NCBI GenBank assembly: GCA_964579265.1 | Contig: CAZOFO010000013.1 | Coordinates: 1 to 15,410, forward strand | Direction of reading: 5' to 3' | Length of the DNA: 15,410 nt | Source: Candidatus Micrarchaeota archaeon | GTDB lineage: Archaea > B1Sed10-29 | Shown: in pieces, positions 7,459-15,129 of the stretch | Numbering within the stretch: the stretch's first letter is position 1 | Layout: every line of letters starts with the position of its first letter | Translations under genes and position numbers: made by a program | Notes under the pieces: model-generated | Told to the model about the DNA's origin: nothing | What the model saw: only the letters and a program-made list of their open reading frames with translations | Databases searched by the model: none

Positions 7459-8457
7459 ATGAAGAGGAAAGCGGCTGCAGCACTCGTGTTCTTGATGGCT
7501 ATCTTAATGATAGGTATCTTGGTAATATCTCTAGACGGAGAGCTGGACCGGGACCCGGAAGAAACTATAGAGAACAATGAAAGTGATGAAGATCAATATA
7601 TAGATGATGAAGAAAGATCAAAAGGAGTTCTTTACGAAGTTAAAAACGCGGAGAACAAAGCTTATTTATTCGGATCAATACACTTTGGAAAAGAAGAAAT
7701 GTATCCTCTTCACAGCGAAGTTGAAAATGCTTTTGAAGAATCAGAGGCTATTGCCTTTGAACTGGATCTGTCAAGTACTAACGACATGGGAAAAGCGGTT
7801 GAATTGATAAATATAGGTACTTACGAACCCAATACAGTGATGACAGACGTAGTACCTAATGAAACTTTTAAAGAAACAAAAGAGATACTTGAAGATACAG
7901 AACCAGGGATGAACATGATGGATATAGAGTCCTTCAAACCCTGGTTTGCCGCTATGCTGATAGCTGAAAATTCAATAAGGGAAACCGGGTTCGAACCCGA
8001 ATTTGGAATAGAGTCTCATTTCCATGAAAAAGCAGAAGATAGAGAGATGGATATAATTGGTCTAGAGACGATCGAAGAACAGACTGAACCTTACGGAAAA
8101 CTATCAAACGAATCACAGAGGATCTACTTGGAATCAACTATAGAGGAAAGAGAGTTAATGGATGGAGAACTTGAAAAACTCTATACTAGCTGGAGAGATA
8201 ATGAAATTGATGAAATGGCGGAAGAAAGAAGAAAAATGCTCATGGAAGAGAATAAAACAGACTCGATGATAGAATTTCAAGAAGCACTAGTAAAAAGAAG
8301 AGATGCAGAAATGGCAGAAGAGATAGATAAACTGCTTGAAGACGGTGAACACAATACTTACTTCATTACAGTTGGTTACCTGCACCTCGTAGGAGAGAAA
8401 GACATATTACACCACCTTGAAGAAAAAGGGTACGAAGTGGAGAACGTTTACAGGTAA
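7459..8457 (+). CDS. TraB/GumN (Tiki-related) family protein with N-terminal anchor
   Basis: YLFGSIH, IAFELD, FKPW, GIE, IIGLETIEEQ, RDAEM, YFITVGYLHLVG. ATG 7459 gives MKRK plus TM; the track starts at 7423. Confidence 0.9.
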   Translation: MKRKAAAALVFLMAILMIGILVISLDGELDRDPEETIENNESDEDQYIDDEERSKGVLYEVKNAENKAYLFGSIHFGKEEMYPLHSEVENAFEESEAIAFELDLSSTNDMGKAVELINIGTYEPNTVMTDVVPNETFKETKEILEDTEPGMNMMDIESFKPWFAAMLIAENSIRETGFEPEFGIESHFHEKAEDREMDIIGLETIEEQTEPYGKLSNESQRIYLESTIEERELMDGELEKLYTSWRDNEIDEMAEERRKMLMEENKTDSMIEFQEALVKRRDAEMAEEIDKLLEDGEHNTYFITVGYLHLVGEKDILHHLEEKGYEVENVYR

Positions 8458-8670
8458 ATCTAGAATTAACTAAAGGACTTTCTTGACTAATTTTTAGGGA
8501 ATATAGTATAGATCTTTTGAAATAAGAACACTGAATACATTAACTAAAGTGATTGTTGGAGACATATGAATTATTTTTCAGTGTTTATCTAATAAATTCA
8601 ATTGAAAGTGGATTAGATAGGGGTTTAATTTGAATTATGTTGTTTTTTTTAGATTCACCACCATAAAGTA

Positions 8671-8704
8671 TTTATAAAAAGAATCTCCAATTTTACCAGG
8701 AGGA
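8671..8704 (+). promoter_or_regulatory. TATA box and RBS of the TrmB-like gene
   Basis: TTTATAAA at 8671-8678 preceded by CATAAAGTA; GGAGGA at 8699-8704; ATG at 8713. Confidence 0.6.
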
Positions 8705-8712
8705 ATCAGTTT

Positions 8713-9063
8713 ATGGAGAGGTGGAGGTACTTATCCAGATTGGGTTTTAACGAATACCAGGCTAGAGTTCTATCCTGTTTGATTCGGGAAGATAGTTTGA
8801 GTGCTGAAGAGATATCTAAAGAAACTGAGGTGCCTTATTCAAAGATATACTCAGTTTTAAATAATTTAGAAGACATAGGATTGATATTTTCGAATAGTGA
8901 AAGGCCAAAAAGATATAGAATAGATCAAAAGGATAAGGTAATTGATCATGCAGTGGAAAAGAAAAGGAAAGAGTTTATAAGAATGAAAAGAAAAGCTAGA
9001 GAGACAAAAAAAGAGATTTTTACCATGGATGTTAGGGAAGGGGACTCATTAAAAGACCATTGA
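8713..9063 (+). CDS. TrmB-family winged-HTH regulator (DNA-binding domain only)
   Basis: LSRLGFNEYQARVL..L.....SAEEISKETEVPYSKIYSVLNNLEDIGLI.....RPKRY; 116 aa with no sugar-sensing domain. Confidence 0.9.
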   Translation: MERWRYLSRLGFNEYQARVLSCLIREDSLSAEEISKETEVPYSKIYSVLNNLEDIGLIFSNSERPKRYRIDQKDKVIDHAVEKKRKEFIRMKRKARETKKEIFTMDVREGDSLKDH

Positions 9064-9083
9064 ATTGAAGGTAAATTTATTAT

Positions 9084-9605
9084 TCAATCTTCCCCTGTCT
9101 TATCTGGGAAGAAAAGTATAGAAACTAGGCTACATGCATAGGTGTTTCTTTTTGGTCTTTCTTCCACTGATTTGCTGAGTATATCTTTTGTTTTCCAGTT
9201 CCTGAAGCTGAATACTTCTTTTACTGATTTTCTTGCTCTTTCTTCAAGTTCTTTTGCTCCCATTCCTTTTTCGGAGTACTCCATGAATATTCCCGCGTGA
9301 TCTCCTTCTGGAATTCCTACTGCTACTGCTGCCGCTACTGATTCAAGTTTTGATGTTTCATACTCGAAGGCCATGGGTATGAATCTTCCCTTGTCAGTTT
9401 TTTCTTGAAGTTCTTTTCCAGCCATCTGTACTTCCCAGGTGGGTGGAATGAATGAAGTTACTGGTATTGCGTTTGTAGCGGTTATATTGGCATCTAATTC
9501 CGCGAAATCGAATGCTGCTAGTGGTGTCTTCCCTTGTCCTGTTCCTGCGGTTATGTAGGCTTTTCCTTTTCCTTTATTCCATTCATGCATTATTTTATCT
9601 TCCAT
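9084..9605 (-). CDS. pdaD: Pyruvoyl-dependent arginine decarboxylase family protein (PdaD-like)
   Basis: ITAGTGQG..PLAAFD.A..DA.I...N...VT/SFIPP (self-cleavage site at 9453-9458), AAAVAVGIP, GIFMEY (catalytic Glu position); GAGGT RBS. Confidence 0.75.
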   Translation of the reverse strand: MEDKIMHEWNKGKGKAYITAGTGQGKTPLAAFDFAELDANITATNAIPVTSFIPPTWEVQMAGKELQEKTDKGRFIPMAFEYETSKLESVAAAVAVGIPEGDHAGIFMEYSEKGMGAKELEERARKSVKEVFSFRNWKTKDILSKSVEERPKRNTYACSLVSILFFPDKTGED

Positions 9606-9621
9606 TTTTTATACCTCATAT

Positions 9622-10623
9622 TTAGTCTGTTTCCACTGGTGAGAGTAAGTAGTCGAGTTCTTTCTCTATATCTATTTTTCTTACAGGAACTACTCCTTTT
9701 AATATATCAGTGATTATGGCGTTGGATTCCTTTCTTATTATTTTATCGTAATATTTTTCAAGCGTTTTTTGATGCTGGTTGTATTCGGATAATGTTTTGT
9801 ACGTTTCCAGGAAGAAGGAGTCCATTCCTCCTGAAACAACGGTTGAGTAGGACAGCTTGTTGAATGCTTTTTTCTCTTCCTCCGTGTAGAGATTGTATAC
9901 TGCTGGAGAGTATTTTTCGAAATCTCCTTCACTTCCGCATACTTGGAGGAATCTTACTGCGTGGTTCAATTGCTCTATACCGCTGTAGTAAGATGTGAAT
10001 CTTTTTACGTACTGTTTTTTCACTTTATCGAGATGGTACTTTGCTGTTGGTTTACTTACATCGAGTTTTTCAGCTATTTTCCCTAGTTTGACTCTGGAGT
10101 TTTCATTTAATAATTTTAATAGATCTTTTTCTTTGTTTTTTATATTTAGGAGATCTATTATTTCGTTATCTACAGGTAAAAAACCGCTTCTTTTCACTAA
10201 GAGAGCATGTGCGGTCCATTCATCTATATATTTGTCCAATGTGACTCTTATTTTTGCTTCCATCTGTTCTTCGTATTTTCCAGGAGAGGGTGCTATGCTC
10301 CATATAAATAGATCGAAGTCTCCTTTTGTCAGTGCCGCGAATTGCACATATGGAGAATCTTTAAGAACTCTTTCTATCTCGTTAGTATCTATTAAAACAT
10401 CATCTCTTAGATTAACTCTTACAAAGTATTCAGTAGTATAGCCTATATCAGGGAAGTTCAGTTCTATTGTGTGAGTTAATTCTATTTCTTCTTTTATCTT
10501 GTCAAGCCTGTTTATGACTGTTTGAGTTGAACAGCCTGCTTTCTCACCTATTTCTTTCAGAGAGACTCTGCTCTGTTTACTTAGTTCCTGTAGTATTATT
10601 CTATCTATGTGATCGAGTTCCAT
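9622..10623 (-). CDS. Tandem (double) Lrp/AsnC-family transcriptional regulator
   Basis: HTH1 LDHIDRIILQELSKQSRVSLKEIG...STQTVINRL, a RAM-like domain (TKGDFDLF), HTH2 LLKLLNENSRVKLGKIAEKLDVSKPTAKYHL, and a second RAM-like domain (VSGGMDSF). Confidence 0.85.
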   Translation of the reverse strand: MELDHIDRIILQELSKQSRVSLKEIGEKAGCSTQTVINRLDKIKEEIELTHTIELNFPDIGYTTEYFVRVNLRDDVLIDTNEIERVLKDSPYVQFAALTKGDFDLFIWSIAPSPGKYEEQMEAKIRVTLDKYIDEWTAHALLVKRSGFLPVDNEIIDLLNIKNKEKDLLKLLNENSRVKLGKIAEKLDVSKPTAKYHLDKVKKQYVKRFTSYYSGIEQLNHAVRFLQVCGSEGDFEKYSPAVYNLYTEEEKKAFNKLSYSTVVSGGMDSFFLETYKTLSEYNQHQKTLEKYYDKIIRKESNAIITDILKGVVPVRKIDIEKELDYLLSPVETD

Positions 10624-10880
10624 TGGATATATTGTGTTATAAGTTCTTATTAAATCTAATGTTTATTTTATTTAATTGGAGTTTTTTCCATTTCTATCTA
10701 ATTTCTTCCATTTTATTAGGTCTTTAGAATTAAACCCAAAAACCTATTGAAATTATTAGTCATAACCTCATATTTTACTTAATATATAGAGCATTTGTTG
10801 GTTAAAATTAGAAGTAATACTTAAATAAATTAAATAGTTAAACATATATACGCAAATTCTATGTCCTTTGGGTGAGCCTT

Positions 10881-10904
10881 CCTCCCCCTGAAACACGGGG
10901 GAGG
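10881..10904. other. GC-rich 8-bp hairpin in an AT-rich intergenic region
   Basis: CCTCCCCC (10881-10888)/GGGGGAGG (10897-10904) with loop TGAAACAC, followed by TTCTTTCT and a T-run on +. Confidence 0.7.
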
Positions 10905-11097
10905 CAAATTCTTTCTAAATTTTTAAGTCCCTCTAGTAATACACATAATCCAGTAGTAGAAATAATCCAGGGGAAAGAGAAAGGGACCTAAACTTTAGAT
11001 AGATAGGGATAAAATTGAAATATAACTAATTACTCGTATCCAAAAAAATATAACTCAACGGATACAATAAAAATAAAGCAAGAAGAAAGGTGAAAGG

Positions 11098-11475
11098 ATG
11101 AAAAAAAAGAAAAACAAAGAAACCGAAGAAGCAAAAAAGAGGAAAAAAGGAGGGAAAAAATACAGAAAGGATATGGAGTACTTTCACCTACTCGAAGATG
11201 CGAGAGAGATAAGAGAATTAAAGGAAAAAATAGAGGAACTGAAAGAAGAAGAGCTCCAGCATGCAAATAAAGCGGATTACGAAAAAGGAAAAAGGATAAG
11301 CGATTCGATTCAAAAAAAGAAGAGAAAAAGATCTATATTAATGGACGACTTTCAAGAAAAATGCAAAAAGTTCAAAAAAGAAGGTAAGATAAGCAAAAGA
11401 GAACTGGAAAAGATAAGAAAAACCGCGTATAAAAAGTCTTCAGAATCCTCTTTCCTAAAAAAAGAACACAAATAA
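11098..11475 (+). CDS. Basic Lys/Glu-rich coiled-coil hypothetical protein with a UVR-like segment
   Basis: AGGTGA RBS before the ATG; IEELKEEELQHANKADYEKGKRISDSI resembles the UvrB/UvrC motif. Confidence 0.7.
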   Translation: MKKKKNKETEEAKKRKKGGKKYRKDMEYFHLLEDAREIRELKEKIEELKEEELQHANKADYEKGKRISDSIQKKKRKRSILMDDFQEKCKKFKKEGKISKRELEKIRKTAYKKSSESSFLKKEHK

Positions 11476-11495
11476 ACAACAAGGAGGCGTTGATC

Positions 11496-11801
11496 ATGAT
11501 CAGAAAACTAGTATTAGATGTTCTAAAACCACACGAACCAGATCTAGCCGAGTTCGCAAAGAAACTGTCAGAGGAGAAAGGCATAGAAGGAGTGAATGTA
11601 TCTCTGTACGAGATTGATAGAGAAGTAGAGAATATAAAAGTAACAATTAGAGGAAAAATGGATGCCAAGGAAATAGAGAAAAAGATAAAAGAATTAGGAG
11701 GATCAGTACACTCTATAGACGAAGCATCAGCAGGGAAAAAACTAGTTGAAGAAGCAGAAACCACTTACGAAAGAGAAGGAAAGAGCGAATGGGCAAAGTA
11801 A
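11496..11801 (+). CDS. DUF211 family protein
   Basis: IRKLVLDVLKPHEP...EGVNVSLYEID.EVENIKVTI.G....GGSVHSIDEASAG; GGAGG RBS. The start is ATG 11496 or TTG 11490. Confidence 0.9.
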   Translation: MIRKLVLDVLKPHEPDLAEFAKKLSEEKGIEGVNVSLYEIDREVENIKVTIRGKMDAKEIEKKIKELGGSVHSIDEASAGKKLVEEAETTYEREGKSEWAK

Positions 11802-11824
11802 AAAATTAGAAAAAAGATTGAAAA

Positions 11825-12385
11825 ATGCTTGAAAAATTCCTTAAACTCGGCAAGATAGGTAGAAGATACTTCGTTCTCAACTCCTTTGACGGAGTTCTAA
11901 CCACTTTAGGTATAGTTATGGGTCTATTCATCTCAGGAGTTCAAAACCCCCTAGTACCAATCAGCACAGGCATTGGTGCTTTAATAGCACTTGGAATAAG
12001 CGGTTTCTCTTCCGCATACATGGCGGAAAGAGCAGAAAGAGAAAAAGACCTAAAAGATCTGGAAGGAAAGATGTTAAAAGGGATGGATGGAACTTATCAT
12101 GAGAAGAAACTTAAAAAATTATCACTGAAAGCTTCTATAGTGAATGGATTATCTCCCTTTGTAACAGGATTGATGTGCATACTGCCTTTTGCTTTATCAT
12201 TTGTAGGTATAATACCTATGAATTTAGCTTATTCTTTTTCAATAGCTATGTCTCTTGTTATCCTCTCATTCCTGGGTTACTTCCTAGGAAGCGTTAGTAA
12301 AGAAAGGAAGATCATATCCGCTCTAAAAATGCTTATAGTAGGGATAATAACTGCCGCGATACTCTACCTACTCGGAGGAATTTAA
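11825..12385 (+). CDS. VIT1/CCC1-family membrane protein (archaeal TIGR00267-like)
   Basis: RRYFVLNSFDGVLTTLG, ALGISGFSSAYMAERAE and about 5 TMs; adjacent to DUF211, a familiar archaeal gene pair. Confidence 0.88.
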   Translation: MLEKFLKLGKIGRRYFVLNSFDGVLTTLGIVMGLFISGVQNPLVPISTGIGALIALGISGFSSAYMAERAEREKDLKDLEGKMLKGMDGTYHEKKLKKLSLKASIVNGLSPFVTGLMCILPFALSFVGIIPMNLAYSFSIAMSLVILSFLGYFLGSVSKERKIISALKMLIVGIITAAILYLLGGI

Positions 12386-12406
12386 TTTTTGAATTTTGAA
12401 GGATTA

Positions 12407-12949
12407 TTATAACTTCTCGATTATTTCATTAATGTCAACCTTCTTCCCTCGCCTTCTCTTCTCTCTCAAGTTACTGAGGAACTTCTTAGGATTCTCCAAA
12501 ACTTTTTTATTTGCCATCTGCGTGTATTCTTCTCTTTCTCCCTTACCTCCATACTTTATTTTTATAGCTTCCTTTGTTTTTCCTTTTTCCATGAAGTATT
12601 CATATGCAGCTTTTTCCGGGCTCTTTCTATCTATCTTCTCTTCCATTTTTGTTTTTCTCTTTCTTCTACTTAGATCTTTATTTTCCGTTTTTTCCTTCTC
12701 AGTAAGTTCTTTACCTTCCTTCTCTCTTTCAATTCTTTTTATAGCTTTATCTATAATATCTTGAGCTGTTTTTTCTCCAACACCCCTTCTCTTTTTCAAT
12801 GATTTTTTGATTTTAAGAAACTCCATAGGATTATCTGCTTCTTTAAGCTCCTTTTTTACTTTATCTATCTCTCCCCTAGGTTTTGAGTTACTAGAGCTAC
12901 TTTTACCTTCTTTCTTTTTCTGACCTGATCTCTTCCGGTTACTACCCAT
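12407..12949 (-). CDS. Basic Lys/Glu-rich hypothetical protein with an HhH-like motif
   Basis: 180 aa; GGGGT RBS; LKKRRGVGEKTAQDI at 12755-12799. Confidence 0.7.
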   Translation of the reverse strand: MGSNRKRSGQKKKEGKSSSSNSKPRGEIDKVKKELKEADNPMEFLKIKKSLKKRRGVGEKTAQDIIDKAIKRIEREKEGKELTEKEKTENKDLSRRKRKTKMEEKIDRKSPEKAAYEYFMEKGKTKEAIKIKYGGKGEREEYTQMANKKVLENPKKFLSNLREKRRRGKKVDINEIIEKL

Positions 12950-13029
12950 ATGACCCCGTCCTTTTTCTATAAATTAAATAAGTGATTCTTTTAAATAATG
13001 TCTACCCAAATATATATAGGTGGATTTCA

Positions 13030-13512
13030 TTGGAACTCGGTAGATTCAATAGAAACAAATTCTTTAAACTCGTTACATCCATAGGTATACCAGTTCTAGC
13101 CGGGATGATATCCGGGTTTCTAACAAATCCACAAAGTGAATGGTACATTAGCCTTGAAGGACCCTTTTTTCAGCCTCCAGGATGGTTAATAGGTATAATA
13201 TGGATTATTCTATACATCTTGATGGGTATAGCCCTCTATATGATATGGGAGAAAGGTTTCAGTGAAAATAAAAAACCAATAGGTCTTTTCTTCATACAGC
13301 TCGCTATTAATTTCAGCTGGTCATTCGTTTTCTTCACTTTCCAGAGTCTCTGGGGTGGATTAATAACGATGCTAGTGATGCTTTTCTTCGTTGTATGGAC
13401 TGCATGGGAATTCTACAAAGTTTCAAAGAAAGCAGGTTACTTATTCATACCTTATATAATCTGGATACTCATAGCGATGTCCGTGAATGTAGCTTTTATA
13501 ATCCTTAATTGA
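13030..13512 (+). CDS. tspO: TspO/MBR tryptophan-rich sensory protein
   Basis: WYISLEGPFFQPPGW..GIIWIILYILMG, QLAINFSWSFVFF, AGYLFIPYIIW. Start placed at TTG 13030 after AGGTGG (13018-13023); the track uses 12982. Confidence 0.92.
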   Translation: MELGRFNRNKFFKLVTSIGIPVLAGMISGFLTNPQSEWYISLEGPFFQPPGWLIGIIWIILYILMGIALYMIWEKGFSENKKPIGLFFIQLAINFSWSFVFFTFQSLWGGLITMLVMLFFVVWTAWEFYKVSKKAGYLFIPYIIWILIAMSVNVAFIILN

Positions 13513-13515
13513 ACT

Positions 13516-14079
13516 CTAACCCAGTATCTTCATAGCTGCTTCGTATTTGGGTCTTATTATCTCTCTGGATTCTTCAAAATGTAGCTGGTTCCACTTTCTC
13601 TCCAGCTTGTCTTTAACCGATTTTCTTGCTTCTCTACGGTTCTTACCTTCGTGTACAAATGCAGCTTGGAATAAACCTGGGATATCGTCAAAGCTGCTCA
13701 TTGCATCGGCTTCAGCGACTATTTTTTCTTCTAAAGTTTCTCTAGGGTTATCCACGGAGCTTCTATGGTTCTCTATACATTCTTTAACTAGTTCTATTTT
13801 ATCATCGTCGTATCCTAGTTCCTTCAATTTTTCTTCCGCTATCTTTTTACCTGTTAGATGATGGTCTTCTCTTCCGTGTACTATGGATCCTATGTCGTGT
13901 AGCCAAGCCGCTACAGTAACTACTTCTTTATCCGCGTCCAGTTCTTCAGCCATCTCGCGGGAGTACTTGACCACAGATTTGAAGTGAAAGTCAAATGGAT
14001 CGCTTCCGTAGCTGGAGCTAGGTTTCTCGCATTCTTTTTTCACGAATTCCTTTACTTCTTCGATTATTTCCTGGTTCAT
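13516..14079 (-). CDS. HD-domain metal-dependent phosphohydrolase
   Basis: FHFKSV, AAWLHDIG, DHH..G, IENH, IVAEADAMS: a complete H...HD...D set. Confidence 0.9.
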   Translation of the reverse strand: MNQEIIEEVKEFVKKECEKPSSSYGSDPFDFHFKSVVKYSREMAEELDADKEVVTVAAWLHDIGSIVHGREDHHLTGKKIAEEKLKELGYDDDKIELVKECIENHRSSVDNPRETLEEKIVAEADAMSSFDDIPGLFQAAFVHEGKNRREARKSVKDKLERKWNQLHFEESREIIRPKYEAAMKILG

Positions 14080-14091
14080 ATCTATCCGGAA

Positions 14092-14427
14092 CTATTTTGG
14101 TGTTTCCCCGGATAAATTTTTTTGCCTTTTTTCTTCAAATCTTCTATAAGGTTTTACTTCTCCATCCAATATCATATTCGAGGCGTCCATCATCAATTCT
14201 TCTAGATCCTGATTTCTCTCTTTTAATTTTTCTTTCTTAATTTCCCTCATTCTGTAGAATCCTGACATGTCGGCAGAGGGAGTTAACTTTGCCAGAGCTA
14301 TAGCATCCAGTACATCCGCTACTTTCACTATTTGAGATTCTATAGAGGACTGTTTTTCGTATTCTTCCCACAATTCGGAGTATTTTTCGGAGAAAGAAGT
14401 TTTCTCTAGAAGAGATTCATTATATTT
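14092..14427 (-). pseudogene. 5'-truncated HD hydrolase remnant (YfbR/YGK1-like C-terminal half)
   Basis: The frame reads TAG(14430)-KYNESLLEKTSFSEKYSELWEEYEKQSSIESQIVKVADVLD. This is the C-terminal signature LWEEYE...E..IVK.AD, with no H..HD half and no in-frame ATG before it. Confidence 0.65.
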
Positions 14428-14472
14428 CTAGTGAACCAAAGATACCAGATAAACTTTTACGGAGGTGGAAAA

Positions 14473-15093
14473 ATGGTTGACAAGGACGAGTTATCCAAGG
14501 TTCTACTGGAGATAGGAGCGGTTAAGTTCGGAGAATTTACCCTTACTTCAGGAAAAAAGAGCCCTTACTACGTGGATCTTCGAGTAGTACCATCCTTTCC
14601 AGAGGCATTTGACAAAGTAACGGATGTATACAAAGAACTACTGGAAGAAGAAAGCAATATCTCGGAAAAAGACGTATTAGTAGGAGTACCAACAGCAGCA
14701 GTGCCCTTTGCTTCAGTGACAGCTCAAAAAACGAATAGACCTATGATCTACGTTAGAAAGAAATCGAAAGAACACGGTACAAAGAGCAGAGTAGAAGGAA
14801 CAGTGGAAGACGGGCAAGAATTAGTAGTGATCGAAGACCTAGTGACCACTGGAGGAAGTAACATGGAAGTGATAAACGCCTTAAGAGACGAAGGATACAC
14901 AGTAAGAGACTCAGTAGTGATCCTAGATAGAATGCAAGGAGGAGTAAAAAAACTGAAAGAAGAAGGAAATATAGATCTAAAAAGAGCTATGAATGTGCTT
15001 GAAATGGTGGATTCACTGGAAAAACAAGAATTAATTAGTGAAGAAAAAGCACGAGAAGTAAGAGAATATACTGAAAAACATAGAAAAGATTAG
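14473..15093 (+). CDS. pyrE: Orotate phosphoribosyltransferase
   Basis: AVKFGEFTLTSGKKSPYYVDLR, YVRKKSKEHG, PRPP motif VVIEDLVTTGGS; GGAGGTGG RBS before ATG 14473. Confidence 0.96.
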   Translation: MVDKDELSKVLLEIGAVKFGEFTLTSGKKSPYYVDLRVVPSFPEAFDKVTDVYKELLEEESNISEKDVLVGVPTAAVPFASVTAQKTNRPMIYVRKKSKEHGTKSRVEGTVEDGQELVVIEDLVTTGGSNMEVINALRDEGYTVRDSVVILDRMQGGVKKLKEEGNIDLKRAMNVLEMVDSLEKQELISEEKAREVREYTEKHRKD

Positions 15094-15129
15094 ACAAAGA
15101 AAATAAAATAAGAACCAGGAGGTGATCAA

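Noticed and set aside
7986..7999. Palindrome CGGGTTCGAACCCG resembling a tRNA T-arm
   Set aside because: It lies in the TraB coding frame (GFEPEFG, a family-typical segment), with no acceptor, D or anticodon arms around it.
10861..10926. ATG TCC TTT GGG TGA followed by a hairpin, as selenocysteine read-through
   Set aside because: Read-through gives only a 21-aa peptide with no redox motif or RBS, and the hairpin lacks the archaeal SECIS GAA/A internal loop.
8458..11097. TrmB/PdaD/Lrp block as a mobile island
   Set aside because: The flanks are AT-rich, but I found no integrase or transposase, att-like repeats or terminal inverted repeats.
229..13861. Many antisense or alternate-frame ORFs in the track (e.g. 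2412..2834, 3312..3731, 4442..4933, 9995..10441, 11372..11764, 12396..12764)
   Set aside because: They are Ser/Phe/Leu-rich shadows of A-rich, Glu/Lys-rich genes on the other strand and overlap better-supported CDSs.
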